The notes beneath the pieces are model-generated. The model had not been told where the DNA came from, did no database searches, and saw only the letters and a list, made by a program, of their open reading frames with translations. The translations under genes were made by a program, and so were the position numbers. Below, one piece after another: positions 10,430 through 20,342 of a stretch of 64,000 bases of DNA. The stretch comes from Acidobacteriota bacterium (lineage in GTDB: Bacteria; Acidobacteriota; Thermoanaerobaculia; UBA5066; Gp7-AA6). Every line of letters begins with the position of its first letter. Positions within the stretch are counted from its first letter, which is position 1. The DNA lies in assembly GCA_039933215.1 (NCBI GenBank), contig JBDTOO010000004.1:5844-69843 (forward strand), given 5' to 3'.

Positions 10430-11085
10430 GCGTCCATGGTTCGGACCTGCGGGGCCGCGCGGAACGCCGCTTCGGTACGAGCTCGGACCTCCCCTTCCGT
10501 CGTCTCCGGGGCGAGCTCCACCAGCACGAGCTCGCCCCGCTCGGGGTCGACGTCGAAGACGCAGAGGTCCGTGATGATCCGCTGGACGCAGCGGACACCG
10601 GTCAGCGGGAGCGTGCAGCGACGCAGGATCTTGGGCTCGCCCGCGCGGGACGTGTGCTCCATCGTGACGACGAGGCGGCGGGCGCCCGCGACGAGGTCCA
10701 TGGCGCCGCCCATTCCCTTCACCATCTTCCCCGGGATCATGTAGTTCGCGATCGAGCCTTCCTGGTCCACCTGCATCGCACCCAGGATGGACAGATCGAC
10801 GTGACCTCCCCGGATCATCGCGAAGGATTCCGCCGATGAGAAGTACGAAGCTCCCGGCCGCACCGTCACGGTCTCCTTGCCGGCGTTGATCAGGTCGGGG
10901 TCGATCTCGCGCTCGGTCGGGTACGGACCGAGGCCCAGGATCCCGTTCTCAGACTGGAGGATCACCTCGATCCCCTCCGGAATGTGGTTCGCGATCAGGG
11001 TCGGCATACCGATGCCGAGGTTGACCGTGTAGCCGTCTTTCAGCTCGCGGACGGCGCGCCGGATGATCCCCTCGCGGTCGAGCAT
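10426..11085 (-). CDS. scoB: 3-oxoacid CoA-transferase subunit B
   Basis: Motif SENG with the catalytic Glu ([11 protein letters not shown]). 219 aa. ATGA overlap with subunit A. Confidence 0.85.
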   Translation of the reverse strand: MLDREGIIRRAVRELKDGYTVNLGIGMPTLIANHIPEGIEVILQSENGILGLGPYPTEREIDPDLINAGKETVTVRPGASYFSSAESFAMIRGGHVDLSILGAMQVDQEGSIANYMIPGKMVKGMGGAMDLVAGARRLVVTMEHTSRAGEPKILRRCTLPLTGVRCVQRIITDLCVFDVDPERGELVLVELAPETTEGEVRARTEAAFRAAPQVRTMDA

Positions 11086-11780
11086 CAGCCCTTCCTGACC
11101 GTGCGCCGCTCGATGCGCTTCTCGCGCGGCGCCACGACCACCCGGTTCACGAAGACGCCGGGCGTGTGGACGCTCTCGGGGTCGAGCTCTCCGACCTCGA
11201 CGAGCTCCTCGACCTCCACGATGGAGACCTTTCCGGCCGTCGCGGCCATGGGATTGAAGTTCCGCGCCGCCTTGCGGTAGACGAGGTTGCCGAGGCGGTC
11301 CCCCTTCCACGCGGCGACGAGCGAGAAGTCGCCGACGATCCCCCGTTCGAGGAGGTACTCGCGTCCGTCGATCTCGCGCGTCTCCTTCCCCTCGGCGACC
11401 AGCGTTCCGACGCCCGTCGGCGTGAAAAACGCGGGAATTCCCGCGCCGCCGGCCCGCATGCGTTCCGCCAGCGTGCCCTGGGGGACGAGCTCGACCTCGA
11501 GCTCTTTCGTCAGGAACTGCCGCTCGAACTCGGCGTTTTCGCCGACGTACGACGAGACCATCTTGCGGATCTGCCGCGTCGCGAGGAGGCGCCCGAGTCC
11601 CCAGTCATCCACGCCGCAGTTGTTCGAAACGACGGTCAGGGCCCGCACGCCGCGACGCACCAGGGCCTCGATGAGATTCTCGGGGATCCCGCAGAGGCCG
11701 AACCCGCCGACGACGAGCGTCGCGCCTTCGAACACGTCCGCCACGGCGGCGTCGGCGCTGGCGACGACCTTGTCGATCAT
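11085..11780 (-). CDS. scoA: 3-oxoacid CoA-transferase subunit A
   Basis: [13 protein letters not shown] motif. 231 aa. Confidence 0.85.
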   Translation of the reverse strand: MIDKVVASADAAVADVFEGATLVVGGFGLCGIPENLIEALVRRGVRALTVVSNNCGVDDWGLGRLLATRQIRKMVSSYVGENAEFERQFLTKELEVELVPQGTLAERMRAGGAGIPAFFTPTGVGTLVAEGKETREIDGREYLLERGIVGDFSLVAAWKGDRLGNLVYRKAARNFNPMAATAGKVSIVEVEELVEVGELDPESVHTPGVFVNRVVVAPREKRIERRTVRKG

Positions 11781-11810
11781 CCTCGGATCATAAGGCGGGA
11801 GCGAGGATCT

Positions 11811-12977
11811 TCAGGCGGGCGAAGCCACGGCGAGAAACTCGACGGCGTCGAGATCGGAGGACGCGCCCGGGAACCGGGCGAGCGCCGCCAGCCGCGCCGC
11901 TCCTTGCGGCGACGGCGGCGAAAGGACCGCGTCGATCGCTCGGACGCGGTAGCCGCACGCCTCGAAGAGGTCCCGCAGCGTCTGCCGCGTGAAGAATCGG
12001 ACATGGGTGCCGGAGAGAATGGAGTAGGGCACGTACTCGAAGCGGCCCTCGATGAGGTCGGCGATCACCGACCAGTGCCCGACGTTCGGCACCGAAGCGA
12101 CCACGACGCCCGACGCCGAGAGCCAGGGACGGACCCGCGCGAGCGCCGCCGCCGGGTCCTCCAGATGCTCGAGGACGTCGCCGAACAGCACCGCGTCGAA
12201 GCGGCCCGGAAACTCGTCGCGGATCGCCTCGAGGGGCTCGCGCAGCACGCGGTCGTAGACCCCCGCCGCCTGCTCCGCGTCGCCCGGGTCCGGCTCTATG
12301 CCGAAAATCTCCGCGACCCCGGCCTGGCGCAGCGCCGGCCCCGTCGCGCCGCGCGAGCACCCGACGTCGAGCACGGAGCGCGCTCCCGCGGGTACGCGGG
12401 CGGCGAGATCCTCCCGCGCCTGGCCGTCCATCTCGCCGTAGCGGTGGAGGTAAGCCCCGGGATCGACCGCCACGGACCGTCCCGCCCGGGACGCTTCCGC
12501 GACGACCTCGTCGAGAAACGTCCCGGGAGGCATCGACGCGACCGCCGCGCGCCGCGCCGCGAACACCGGCGACCGAGCGGCGACGCCGGCCCGCAGCGCC
12601 CCGCCGCGCGCGGCCACGGCCGCGGCGGCTTCTTCGAGGAGCGCTGGAGTCTGGTACGCGAAGGGCGGATCGCCGCGCGTCTCGACGCTCCCCGGCTCGT
12701 TCGAGACGGGAACGACCACGTCGGCGCCCCCCGCTTCGACCGCCGCGAGGAGGCGCCTGGCGGCCAGGGGAGCGAGATAGGCCTCCGGGTCCGCGTGAAC
12801 GAGGACGATCGGACTCTCGCCCTCGAGGTCTCCGACCGTCGGCCGCACGCGCGGGCGTTCGACGAATCGCCGCGCCGGGAGGCGCCGCGCCCACCTCCGC
12901 GCAAGCCGCCACGCCCACGCCGACTCGGCCTCGAAACGCGGGATCCCTCCGATCAGGAGGTCGAAGGGGGTCGGCAC
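11811..12977 (-). CDS. class I SAM-dependent methyltransferase with an N-terminal extra domain; start approximate (GTG at 12977)
   Basis: C-terminal half has VLDVGCSRG ... DAVLFGDVLEHLEDP (Methyltransf_11/23-like). The N-terminal roughly 200 aa is a separate domain. The ORF-track start overlaps the thiolase and was rejected. Confidence 0.55.
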   Translation of the reverse strand: MPTPFDLLIGGIPRFEAESAWAWRLARRWARRLPARRFVERPRVRPTVGDLEGESPIVLVHADPEAYLAPLAARRLLAAVEAGGADVVVPVSNEPGSVETRGDPPFAYQTPALLEEAAAAVAARGGALRAGVAARSPVFAARRAAVASMPPGTFLDEVVAEASRAGRSVAVDPGAYLHRYGEMDGQAREDLAARVPAGARSVLDVGCSRGATGPALRQAGVAEIFGIEPDPGDAEQAAGVYDRVLREPLEAIRDEFPGRFDAVLFGDVLEHLEDPAAALARVRPWLSASGVVVASVPNVGHWSVIADLIEGRFEYVPYSILSGTHVRFFTRQTLRDLFEACGYRVRAIDAVLSPPSPQGAARLAALARFPGASSDLDAVEFLAVASPA

Positions 12978-13014
12978 GAAAGGCGTCGCCGCGGCGGCCC
13001 CGGAGGGCGCGGGA

Positions 13015-14196
13015 CTACGCGACCTCGACCAGCATCGCGGTCGCTTCTCCGCCTCCGATGCAGATCGCCGCGATACCGCGCTTCTTTCCGTCGCGGCGCA
13101 GCGCATGGACGAGCGTGGTCAGGAGACGGGCGCCGGAAGCGCCAATCGGGTGGCCGAGCGCCACGGCTCCGCCGCGGACGTTCACGCGCGCCGGATCGAG
13201 GTCGAGCTCGCGGATCGACGCCATCGCGACGGCCGCGAAGGCCTCGTTGATCTCGAAGAGGTCGATGTCGCCGGTCTTCAGCCCCGTCTTCGAGAGGAGC
13301 TTCTGAACGGCGCCGATCGGAGCCGTCGTGAACCACTCCGGCGCCTGAGCGACCCCCGCCCACCCGAGGATCCGCGCGATCGGCTTCGCGCCGAGCTCGC
13401 GCGCTTTCTCCTCCGACGCGAGGACGAGCGCGGCGGCACCGTCGTTGATCTTGGAGGAATTGGCCGCCGTGACGGTCCCGCCCTCCTTCTGGAACGCCGG
13501 CTTCAATCCCGCCATCTTGTCGAGCGGCGCCGCGAAGGGCTCCTCGTCCGTGTCCACGATGGCCGGCGCGCCCTTCTTCTGGGGGACCTCCACGGGAACG
13601 ATCTCGTCGGCGAACAGCCCGTTCTTCGAGGCTTCCTGCGCGCGCCGGTAGGACTCGAGCGAGAACGCGTCCTGCTCCTCGCGGGTGAAGTGGTATTTCG
13701 CCACGCACATCTCCGCGCAGTTGCCCATGTGGACGTCCTTGTACGGATCCCAGAGGCCGTCCTTGATCATCGAGTCGACGAGCACGCCGTTGCCCATCCG
13801 GTACCCGGTCCGCGCGCGCTCCAGGAGATAGGGGGCGTTCGACATCGACTCCATGCCGCCCGCGATCGCGATGTCGTACTCGCCGGCGATGATCGCGTTG
13901 CCGACGTCCATGGCGGCCCGCATGCCCGAGCCGCACACCTTGTGCACGGTGACGCACGGAACCGTATCGGGGATTCCGGCGCCGAGAGAGGCCTGCCGTG
14001 CCGGCGCCTGGCCCTGGCCGGCCTGCAGGACGTTGCCGAGGACGACCGATTCGATCGACCCGGGCTCGACGTGCGCCTGCTGGAGAACGCCGCGGATCGC
14101 CGCGGCGCCGAGCGCGTGCGCGGGCAGCGACGAGAGCTTGCCGAGGAAAGAGCCGACGGGCGTACGCGCCGCGCCGAGGATCCAGACGTTCTTCAT
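13015..14196 (-). CDS. acetyl-CoA C-acetyltransferase (thiolase II)
   Basis: 393 aa. Active-site Cys (VHKVCGSGM), C-terminal NVRGGAVALGHPIGASGAR and CIGGGEA motifs. Confidence 0.9.
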   Translation of the reverse strand: MKNVWILGAARTPVGSFLGKLSSLPAHALGAAAIRGVLQQAHVEPGSIESVVLGNVLQAGQGQAPARQASLGAGIPDTVPCVTVHKVCGSGMRAAMDVGNAIIAGEYDIAIAGGMESMSNAPYLLERARTGYRMGNGVLVDSMIKDGLWDPYKDVHMGNCAEMCVAKYHFTREEQDAFSLESYRRAQEASKNGLFADEIVPVEVPQKKGAPAIVDTDEEPFAAPLDKMAGLKPAFQKEGGTVTAANSSKINDGAAALVLASEEKARELGAKPIARILGWAGVAQAPEWFTTAPIGAVQKLLSKTGLKTGDIDLFEINEAFAAVAMASIRELDLDPARVNVRGGAVALGHPIGASGARLLTTLVHALRRDGKKRGIAAICIGGGEATAMLVEVA

Positions 14197-14421
14197 GGCC
14201 GCGATGATAACCGCGCCGGAGCGGCCGCGATTCCCCGCGTACGCCCGCCCCGGCGGGCCGCGGAATACCCTTCGGATCGAACGGGTTGGCGTCCGCCGGA
14301 TCTTCGGATCACGCACGCGCGCCGGCCCCTCTCGTCTTCCCCCCGGCCGTTGCGAGGGCAGCCCCGAGAAAAGCACGGACGATCCGTGATCGGGGCCCGG
14401 CCCTGTAAACTCGCGAGCGAC

Positions 14422-14829
14422 ATGCCCCGCATCCTGGCCGTGGACTTCGGCGAGCGCCGCATCGGGCTCGCGACGTCCGACGCAAACGGGATCCTCGCGA
14501 CCCCGCGCAAGACGATCGGTCGCAAGGGCGACGAGGCGGCGATCGCCGAGATCCTCGCCTTCTCGGCCGCCGAGGAGATTGCGACGATCCTCCTCGGGAT
14601 CCCCCGCTCCCCCGACGGCGTGGAGAGTCCCTTCGGAGCCCGGATTCGCTCGTTTGCCGCGAAGCTCGCCCGCGCCGCGCATGTCCCCGTCGTCTTCCAC
14701 GAAGAGACTCTCACGTCCGACGAGGCCGCTCGGCGCGTGCCGCCCGGCGCTCCGCGCGAGGCCATCGACCGCACGGCGGCGGCGGTCCTCCTCGAGGACT
14801 ACCTTCTGCACGAGCAGCGACGGTCATGA
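14422..14829 (+). CDS. ruvX: Holliday-junction resolvase-like RuvX/YqgF
   Basis: MPRILAVDFGERRIGLA N-terminus. 135 aa. Confidence 0.85.
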   Translation: MPRILAVDFGERRIGLATSDANGILATPRKTIGRKGDEAAIAEILAFSAAEEIATILLGIPRSPDGVESPFGARIRSFAAKLARAAHVPVVFHEETLTSDEAARRVPPGAPREAIDRTAAAVLLEDYLLHEQRRS

Positions 14830-15932
14830 CCGCGAAACGCCGGTTCCTTCGCGTCGTCCTCGTCCTGGCGCTCGTGAGCGTGGCCGGAGCGGGATTCCTC
14901 TTCTACCGGCTCGAGCATCCGCGCCGGCCGGGAAGCGCGCAGCAACAGGCGAAGATCGCCTTCCCGACTGGAACCCCGACGGCGCGCATCTTTCAGACGC
15001 TGGAGAAGGAGGGCGTGGTCGCGGACGCGCGACTGGCGGAGATCTACTATCGCGTCTACCGCGCCAGCACGCCGCTCCAGGCGGGCGAGTATCTCTTCGA
15101 CCGGCCGATGCCGATCGACGAGATCATCAACCGGATGGCGAAGGGCGACGTCGTGAAATACAGCGTCGTCGTGCCCGAGGGGCTCACCGCCGACGAGACG
15201 TTCGAGCTCTTCTGGAGCAAGGGGCTCGGCGGTCCGGAGGCCTTCAAGAAGGCCCTCGTCGATACGGAGCTCCTGCCGGGCCTGACGAACGGCGTGAGCG
15301 ACCTCGAGGGATTCCTGTTTCCCAACACCTACGTCGTGACGCGGTCGACGTCCGCACGGCAGATCGTGGACCGCATGGTGGGAGAGTTTCGGAAAAATTT
15401 CACGCCGGAGATGCGGGAGAAAGCGCACGCGCTCGGGTTCACTCCCCGGCAGGCCGTGATCCTGGCCTCGATCATCGAGAAGGAGACGGCGCTCAAGCAG
15501 GAGGGGCCGCTCATCGCCGCGGTCTACAGCAACCGCCTCAGAAAAGGGATGCGTCTCCAGGCTGATCCCACCGTGATGTATGCGCTGAAGCGCGACGGCA
15601 AGTGGCAGGGGATGCTCCATCGCTCCGACTACGGATACGACTCCCCGTACAACACCTACATGAACGAAGGCCTCCCTCCCGGCCCGATCTGCAACCCCGG
15701 CCTCGCCGCCCTGAAGGCGGCGCTGTCTCCGGCGCGGACGGACTTTCTCTACTTCGTCGCCGATACGACCGGCGGCCACACCTTCACGAGGACGTACGAG
15801 GAGCACCTCCAGGCGATCGCCACCTCGCGCCGCCTCCGGGCCGCCGCGGGGGAGTCGCTCCGGGAAGAGCCGGACGCCGCGCCGCCCGCGCCCGCGACGC
15901 CCGCCGCCTCCTCCCCCGCGCCCCTGCCTTGA
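14826..15932 (+). CDS. mltG: endolytic murein transglycosylase MltG (YceG-like)
   Basis: N-terminal TM helix and a YceG-like domain (FPNTY ... EKETA ... ADPTVMYAL). ATGA overlap with ruvX. Confidence 0.85.
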   Translation: MTAKRRFLRVVLVLALVSVAGAGFLFYRLEHPRRPGSAQQQAKIAFPTGTPTARIFQTLEKEGVVADARLAEIYYRVYRASTPLQAGEYLFDRPMPIDEIINRMAKGDVVKYSVVVPEGLTADETFELFWSKGLGGPEAFKKALVDTELLPGLTNGVSDLEGFLFPNTYVVTRSTSARQIVDRMVGEFRKNFTPEMREKAHALGFTPRQAVILASIIEKETALKQEGPLIAAVYSNRLRKGMRLQADPTVMYALKRDGKWQGMLHRSDYGYDSPYNTYMNEGLPPGPICNPGLAALKAALSPARTDFLYFVADTTGGHTFTRTYEEHLQAIATSRRLRAAAGESLREEPDAAPPAPATPAASSPAPLP

Positions 15933-16009
15933 CCCCCGGCCGCACCGGCCCCACAATCGATCATCCACACAGCGACGTCCATCTCCCCCGCGGTCGGCCC
16001 CTCGCGGCC

Positions 16010-17863
16010 ATGACCGACTCTCTGCCGCGGCCCTTCGGCTCGCACCTCCTCACGGCCGAGCTCGGGGAGGATGCCCTCGGCCGTACGTACCGGGCCATCC
16101 GGACGACCGGGGAGCGGGAGTTCGTCCGGTTGAGGATCTTCGAGGGCCCCGACATCTCCGAGGACGCCGTCCTCGACGCGATCGAGGAGAACGGGGAAGT
16201 CCACAACTTCCTGAAGAACCCCGCCATCGCGCGGGGCGTCACGCTCGATTCCGTCGACGGGACACCGTTTCTCGCGTGGAACGAGGAGAGCGGCCGCACG
16301 CTCGACGCCCTGATCGCGCGCGCCCGGCTGCAGCAGCAGACGGTGCCTTACGAGCACGCCCTCCTGATCACCGAGAAGGTCGCGACCGCGCTCGACCATG
16401 CGTACAACACGACGATCGACGGGGACCGCACGCTGCACGGACTGGTGTGGCCGGGGTTCGTTTCGATCTCGGACGACGGCGAGACGCGGCTGACGGGATT
16501 CGGCCTCGCCGCGGGCTTTCTTCCGTCGCTCGGCCGGCCGCGCTTCGCGCGGGAGATCTCGCCGTATCTCGCTCCCGAGGAACGCGAAGAGAACCGCATC
16601 GGGAAGAACTCCGACGTCTACTCACTCGGTGCGATCCTCTTCGAGCTCCTGATCGGCCGCCTTCCGGACGCGGCCGAGCCGATGAGGGACCTTCGGATCG
16701 CCCAGCGGGACGGAGCCCCTATCGCTCCCGACGTCGCCGCCGTCCTCCGTCTCTGCCTCGCGCCGCCCGCGGGCCGCTACCAGTCGAGCGGCGAGGTCCG
16801 GCGCGAGCTCGGCAAGCTCCTCTTCTCGGGGCCGTACGCGCCGTCGACGTTCAACCTGGCGTTCTTCTTGAACGGCCTCTTCTCCGCCGAGATCGAAGCG
16901 GAAACGAACGCGCGCCTGCGCGAGGCCGGCCTCGAGATGTCCGGCGGGGCCGCTCCCCGACCGGGCGCCGCACCGCCGCCGGCGCCCCGCTTCCCCGCGC
17001 CGCCTCCGCGCCCGCCGGCTCCGCGCGCGCTGGTCCCGCCTCCCGGGCCGTCGCACCGGCCCGCTCCCCCGGGAGCCCCGCCCGCGGTCCCGGAACCGCC
17101 GGAGCGGAGCCGCAATCCCTTCGTCTTCGGAGGCATCCTCCTCATCCTCGCCGCCGCGGCCGGCACCGCGTGGGTCTACCTCCGGCGGACGCCCCCGGCC
17201 CCGGCGCCCTTGCTCGCGACGCCGCTGCCGGTCGTCCCGACTGAGACGCCCTCGCCCGCCGTCGTCATCGGCCCAACGACGAAGATGTCGGACGCCGAGT
17301 TCAAGGACGAAGTGGCGCGGCGGGTCGCGGTGGAGATGAAGAAGATGGAGCTCGCAATGCGGCGCGCTTCGCCCTCTCCGACGCCGGTCGAGATCCCCCG
17401 GGGACGCGGGAACGGCGCCGGGCTCGCCGGCCGGGCGGAGACGCCAGCGACGCCGCTTCTGGCTCCGGCCGCGGTGACGGCCACCAGCCTCGCGGAGCCG
17501 GCGCCGAAGGGCGTCGAGGAGCCCCCGCGGGAGGAGCCCCCGCCGCCTCCGACCGCGGCGCCCGCGCCGCCGGAGTCCGTTCCCGCGTCGAATGAGATCG
17601 ACGTGGCGCCGAAGATCGCAACGGTCGTCAAGCCGTCCTATCCGCCGGTCGCGCTGCGCGCGCACATCGGCGGGGTCGTGCTCCTTCGCGTCCTCGTCTC
17701 GGAGGCCGGGGTCCCCGTCGAGATCCAGGTCATCAAGGGAGCCCCGGGAGGGCTGACCGAGAGCGCGGTCGCGGCCGTCAAGGGCTGGCGCTTCGTTCCG
17801 GCCAGCCGGGCCGGCGCGCCGGTGCCGGCGTGGACGATGGTGCCGATCCCTTTCGAGCCCTAG
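16010..17863 (+). CDS. fusion protein: cytoplasmic protein-kinase-like (pseudokinase) domain, Pro-rich linker, single TM helix, periplasmic TonB C-terminal domain
   Basis: N-terminal region has a kinase fold signature (SPYLAPEE, SDVYSLGAILFELL). It lacks the VAIK Lys (FVRLRIF), the HRD catalytic Asp (HGLVWPGFV) and DFG (GFG instead). TM helix is FVFGGILLILAAAAGTAWVYL. The C-terminus (VVKPSYPPVALRAHIGGVVLLRVLVSEAGVPVEIQV ... GWRF) is a canonical TonB_C domain. Confidence 0.6.
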   Translation: MTDSLPRPFGSHLLTAELGEDALGRTYRAIRTTGEREFVRLRIFEGPDISEDAVLDAIEENGEVHNFLKNPAIARGVTLDSVDGTPFLAWNEESGRTLDALIARARLQQQTVPYEHALLITEKVATALDHAYNTTIDGDRTLHGLVWPGFVSISDDGETRLTGFGLAAGFLPSLGRPRFAREISPYLAPEEREENRIGKNSDVYSLGAILFELLIGRLPDAAEPMRDLRIAQRDGAPIAPDVAAVLRLCLAPPAGRYQSSGEVRRELGKLLFSGPYAPSTFNLAFFLNGLFSAEIEAETNARLREAGLEMSGGAAPRPGAAPPPAPRFPAPPPRPPAPRALVPPPGPSHRPAPPGAPPAVPEPPERSRNPFVFGGILLILAAAAGTAWVYLRRTPPAPAPLLATPLPVVPTETPSPAVVIGPTTKMSDAEFKDEVARRVAVEMKKMELAMRRASPSPTPVEIPRGRGNGAGLAGRAETPATPLLAPAAVTATSLAEPAPKGVEEPPREEPPPPPTAAPAPPESVPASNEIDVAPKIATVVKPSYPPVALRAHIGGVVLLRVLVSEAGVPVEIQVIKGAPGGLTESAVAAVKGWRFVPASRAGAPVPAWTMVPIPFEP

Positions 17864-17888
17864 ATGGTCCGGCCGAGGTCTTAGAAAC

Positions 17889-19037
17889 CTACCTCGCCGC
17901 GTAGCTGATCGTCTTGGTCTTCGGGAAGAGCGTCCGCAGGAAGTCTTCCATGACCTTGTCGTCGATCCAGGTGATCTCGGTTCCGTCGATGAAGTACGTG
18001 GGCGTCGAGTAGACACCGAGCCGGTACCCCTCCTCGATCTCGCGCCGCACCCGGGAGAAGCTTCCCTCCTGAAGGTAGCAGGCGAGGAAATCCGCGGCGC
18101 TGACGCCCTCGGCTTCCCCGGTGGTCACGGCGATCTCGTCGATGCCCGATACCGTCATGCTTTCCTGCCGCGCGTAGACGGCCGATTTGAACCGGAACAT
18201 CGCGGGCGCCCCGGCCGCCTGGAAGATGCAGTCGGCCGCGGAGGCCGCCTTCATCGCCCAGACGTGTCCGAGCCAGAGAGGGAAGAACTTGTAGTGGCGG
18301 CGCACGTTGACGATGCCGGCGTTCGCCTCGAGCAGCCGGTCCATCTGCAGCCCGCGCATCTTGCAGTATCCGCATTCCATATCGGCGAACTCCACGACGT
18401 TGATCGTCGCGTCGGGCTTGCCGGTCGTCCGGTTGGCGGACAGGTCGATGCGGCGGCGGCGTTCCTCCCGCGGGTCGGAGCGGAAGTCCCAGAAAGGACC
18501 CTGGAGGTACGCCTTGCCGTCGGCGGACACGTAGCCCGGCATGTGCACGACGCCGTACCCCGTCTCGACGGCGACGCCCACGGCCTTGTAGGGCGGCGCG
18601 TCGCGCTCGGGGACCAGCCCCACGCGCACGCTCGTCTTGAAGAGCGTTGCGAACTTTTCCTGCACCCAGCCGAGGTCGGACGCGGATCGGATCGGACGCC
18701 CCGACGCGTTCGTCACCGAGTCGCCCGGGAAGAACCAGTGGCCGTCGTCGGAGACGTAGTAGAGCTTGTCGACGTTCAGCTTCTCGTAGCGGCCCTTCCG
18801 GCGGATCTTCCAGCCCTGCATCCCCGGCAGCCGCTCGGTCCCCTTTTCGGCGGTCACCCGGGAGTCGGGATCCCAGGGGAGGAACTTCCCCGCGTAGGCG
18901 GAGACGTCGGCGGCCGTCACGGGAGACGACGCCGCGGCGGGGGCCTGGGCTGCGGATGCCTTCCGGGCGGGAGGCGACGCCGCGAGACCCGTCAGGGCGG
19001 TTGCGGCCAGGAGCACGACGGCGGTCTTTCTGGGCAT
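17889..19037 (-). CDS. secreted thioredoxin-fold (DsbA-like) protein with an N-terminal extra domain
   Basis: Signal peptide. CGYC redox motif inside a DsbA/Thioredoxin_4-like C-terminal domain. ATG at 19037. Confidence 0.6.
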   Translation of the reverse strand: MPRKTAVVLLAATALTGLAASPPARKASAAQAPAAASSPVTAADVSAYAGKFLPWDPDSRVTAEKGTERLPGMQGWKIRRKGRYEKLNVDKLYYVSDDGHWFFPGDSVTNASGRPIRSASDLGWVQEKFATLFKTSVRVGLVPERDAPPYKAVGVAVETGYGVVHMPGYVSADGKAYLQGPFWDFRSDPREERRRRIDLSANRTTGKPDATINVVEFADMECGYCKMRGLQMDRLLEANAGIVNVRRHYKFFPLWLGHVWAMKAASAADCIFQAAGAPAMFRFKSAVYARQESMTVSGIDEIAVTTGEAEGVSAADFLACYLQEGSFSRVRREIEEGYRLGVYSTPTYFIDGTEITWIDDKVMEDFLRTLFPKTKTISYAAR

Positions 19038-19205
19038 GGTGTTCCTCGTGATCGGAGAGGGTCGCGACGGGAGCCGGGCGGCGGCCGCCGGAGGCGGAAC
19101 AGAGGGACTCGGCACGGCGCGCAAGGTAACACGGCGGAGGCGCTGGAGGGGTGTCCGAGGGCCGCGCGGGCCTGCTAGAATCGCGAAGCCTTCGAAGGAG
19201 ACGCT

Positions 19206-20321
19206 ATGAAGGCTTCCGATCGCTTCCGCCCCGCCGCACTCGTGCTTTCGGCCGCACTGCTCGGACTTCTCGGGGGTGTCCCCGCCGCGCGAGGCTCCGC
19301 GGAGTCGCCCACCCTGAGCGAGCTGTTCCAGAAAGCCAAGACCGAGTTCCGCATCGCTTCGTACAAGTCGTCCCTCGACACGTTCGCCGTCCTCGAGAAG
19401 GCGAGCCTCGAGCCCGGAAACGAGGCGTCGCGGGAGAAGCTCGCGCCCATCATTTCGTTCTACCGCGCGGCCAACCTCGCGGCGCTCGGCCGCGCCGAAG
19501 AGGCGAAAAAGGAGTTCGAGAGCTACCTCGAGAGCTCGCCGAACACCCGCCTCGATCCGGGCACCTTCCCGCGCCCTGTCCTCGAAGCCTTCCAGCGCGC
19601 CAAGGAATCCGTGGCGCTGCGCAACCCGAAGACGGAGGAGTCCGCAGGGCGCCCCGACGAGAGCGGCATCGAGGCCGCCTATCGGAAGTTCCGCCCGGAC
19701 CCGTCCCTCGCGCCGATCGGTGTCGAGCCCGGCTCCGAGGCGGCGCTCCGCTTCATCATGACTTCCCGGGAAAAAGACGCGTGGATGCGCGTGTCCGACT
19801 CCCAGGAGAAGGCGGAGTTCCTGACCCAGTTCTGGCGGCGCCGCGATCCCAGCCCGACAACTCCTGAGAACGAGTTCCGCGAGGAGATCGAGCGGCGCAT
19901 CCGATTCGCCGATTCCCGCTTCGCGCAGGAGGAGCACCGGGGCAGCGAGAGCGATCGAGGAATGGTGTTCGTGCTGATGGGGCCCCCGAGCTACATCGGA
20001 CAGAAGCCTTTCAAGACCGAGGACGATCCGCTTCAGATCGCGCGCAACGCGCCCATCCGCGAAACGACGCGCAACGCGGATGGATCGACCTCCACGATCC
20101 TCGTCCCGCGCACGGCTCTCACCGCTCAGACGCTCCAGGGGACGCGGGAGATCTGGTACTACCGGCGGGACCGCCTCCCGAAGCAGGTCCGGTTCACCGA
20201 GGTCGACTTCGAGTTCCTGACGCGCAAGGGGATCGGCACGGCGGTCCTGCAGCGCGACCACGAGATCCTGACCACGCTCGATCAGGTCGCGCGCGCCGCG
20301 CTCCCGACAAACACCGACTGA
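19206..20321 (+). CDS. secreted GWxTD-domain protein
   Basis: Signal peptide plus a C-terminal region resembling the GWxTD family that is common in Acidobacteria. Assignment is from memory and of moderate confidence. Confidence 0.45.
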   Translation: MKASDRFRPAALVLSAALLGLLGGVPAARGSAESPTLSELFQKAKTEFRIASYKSSLDTFAVLEKASLEPGNEASREKLAPIISFYRAANLAALGRAEEAKKEFESYLESSPNTRLDPGTFPRPVLEAFQRAKESVALRNPKTEESAGRPDESGIEAAYRKFRPDPSLAPIGVEPGSEAALRFIMTSREKDAWMRVSDSQEKAEFLTQFWRRRDPSPTTPENEFREEIERRIRFADSRFAQEEHRGSESDRGMVFVLMGPPSYIGQKPFKTEDDPLQIARNAPIRETTRNADGSTSTILVPRTALTAQTLQGTREIWYYRRDRLPKQVRFTEVDFEFLTRKGIGTAVLQRDHEILTTLDQVARAALPTNTD

Positions 20322-20342
20322 CGCCGGTCGCGATCCTGCGTA

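Noticed and set aside
8025-10598. 857-aa ORF on the minus strand overlapping lptD in another frame
   Set aside because: Arg/Gly/Pro-rich low-complexity translation typical of an off-frame read in 70% GC DNA. The lptD frame gives a coherent OstA/beta-barrel protein.
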